A stretch of DNA of 62,919 nucleotides, counting the filler, from Craspedostauros australis (taxonomy: Eukaryota): the NCBI GenBank assembly GCA_030167865.1. It is 9 parts of 9 records of this genome, joined end to end, with 100 filler letters (N's around TTAATTAATTAA, not from the genome) between each part and the next. Parts side by side here need not be neighbours in the genome. Positions count along the whole stretch, not along the records: positions 61,082 to 62,919 come from JALAGF010006436.1; 8 more parts are not named here. One strand, given 5' to 3'. Positions 62,774 to 62,919 of the stretch are shown in pieces. Position 1 is the stretch's first letter. Each line of letters begins with the position of its first letter. The translations under genes and the position numbers were made by a program. The notes below the pieces were generated by a model. It was not told where the DNA came from. It searched no databases and saw only the letters and a list, made by a program, of their open reading frames with translations.

Positions 62774-62919
62774 TGTCGAGATGTACATGTGAGTATACGT
62801 GAAGATGTACGTGTATATGTGCATCGTTCACCCGCTATTCTCTCATACACACTTGGACGGTATAACTATACTCGTTTCGATAGTATACTGTGATTCGTCA
62901 GAATTACAGGGGAAATGGA
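62774..62919 (+). mobile_element. Start of a Copia LTR inserted into the non-LTR remnant
   Basis: Begins TGTCGAGATGTACATGTGAG and is the reverse complement of 55156-55301. It interrupts the LINE homology exactly at CCGTGG. Confidence 0.85.

Overview
Eukaryotic nuclear DNA, almost certainly from a diatom. Evidence: GT-AG spliceosomal introns, signal peptide + ASAFAP-type plastid presequences, diatom-type Copia elements and gene families. The window is not one locus. It is about nine draft scaffolds joined by artificial N-TTAATTAATTAA-N linkers (20508, 24472, 27546, 46449, 52585, 54054, 58239, 61026), and it has several gap-flanking duplications. Host genes: plastid NusG, a 2.7-kb intronless P-loop NTPase, a xylitol-dehydrogenase-like SDR head-to-head with a beta-propeller lactonase, a PNUTS-like TFIIS-N/RVxW/RRM protein, a giant ~85-aa tandem-repeat protein, a 197-aa two-domain protein, plastid rubredoxin, Cbp3-WW, a secreted GPX-like protein, a vWA-alpha-kinase, a MATH-BTB protein and a CRAL-TRIO-like diatom family protein. 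Mobile DNA: several Copia fragments and LTRs, a ~1.7-kb dispersed repeat, and a long-inverted-repeat (foldback-like) element. That element carries a dead, 5'-truncated RNase H-type non-LTR retroelement inside its right arm, and the composite occurs twice. Best leads: the foldback/LINE composite, the possible Crinkler-type NTPase-REase gene, the giant repeat protein, the SDR-lactonase divergent pair and the alpha-kinase lacking zinc ligands. All family assignments come from motif recognition, not from database searches.
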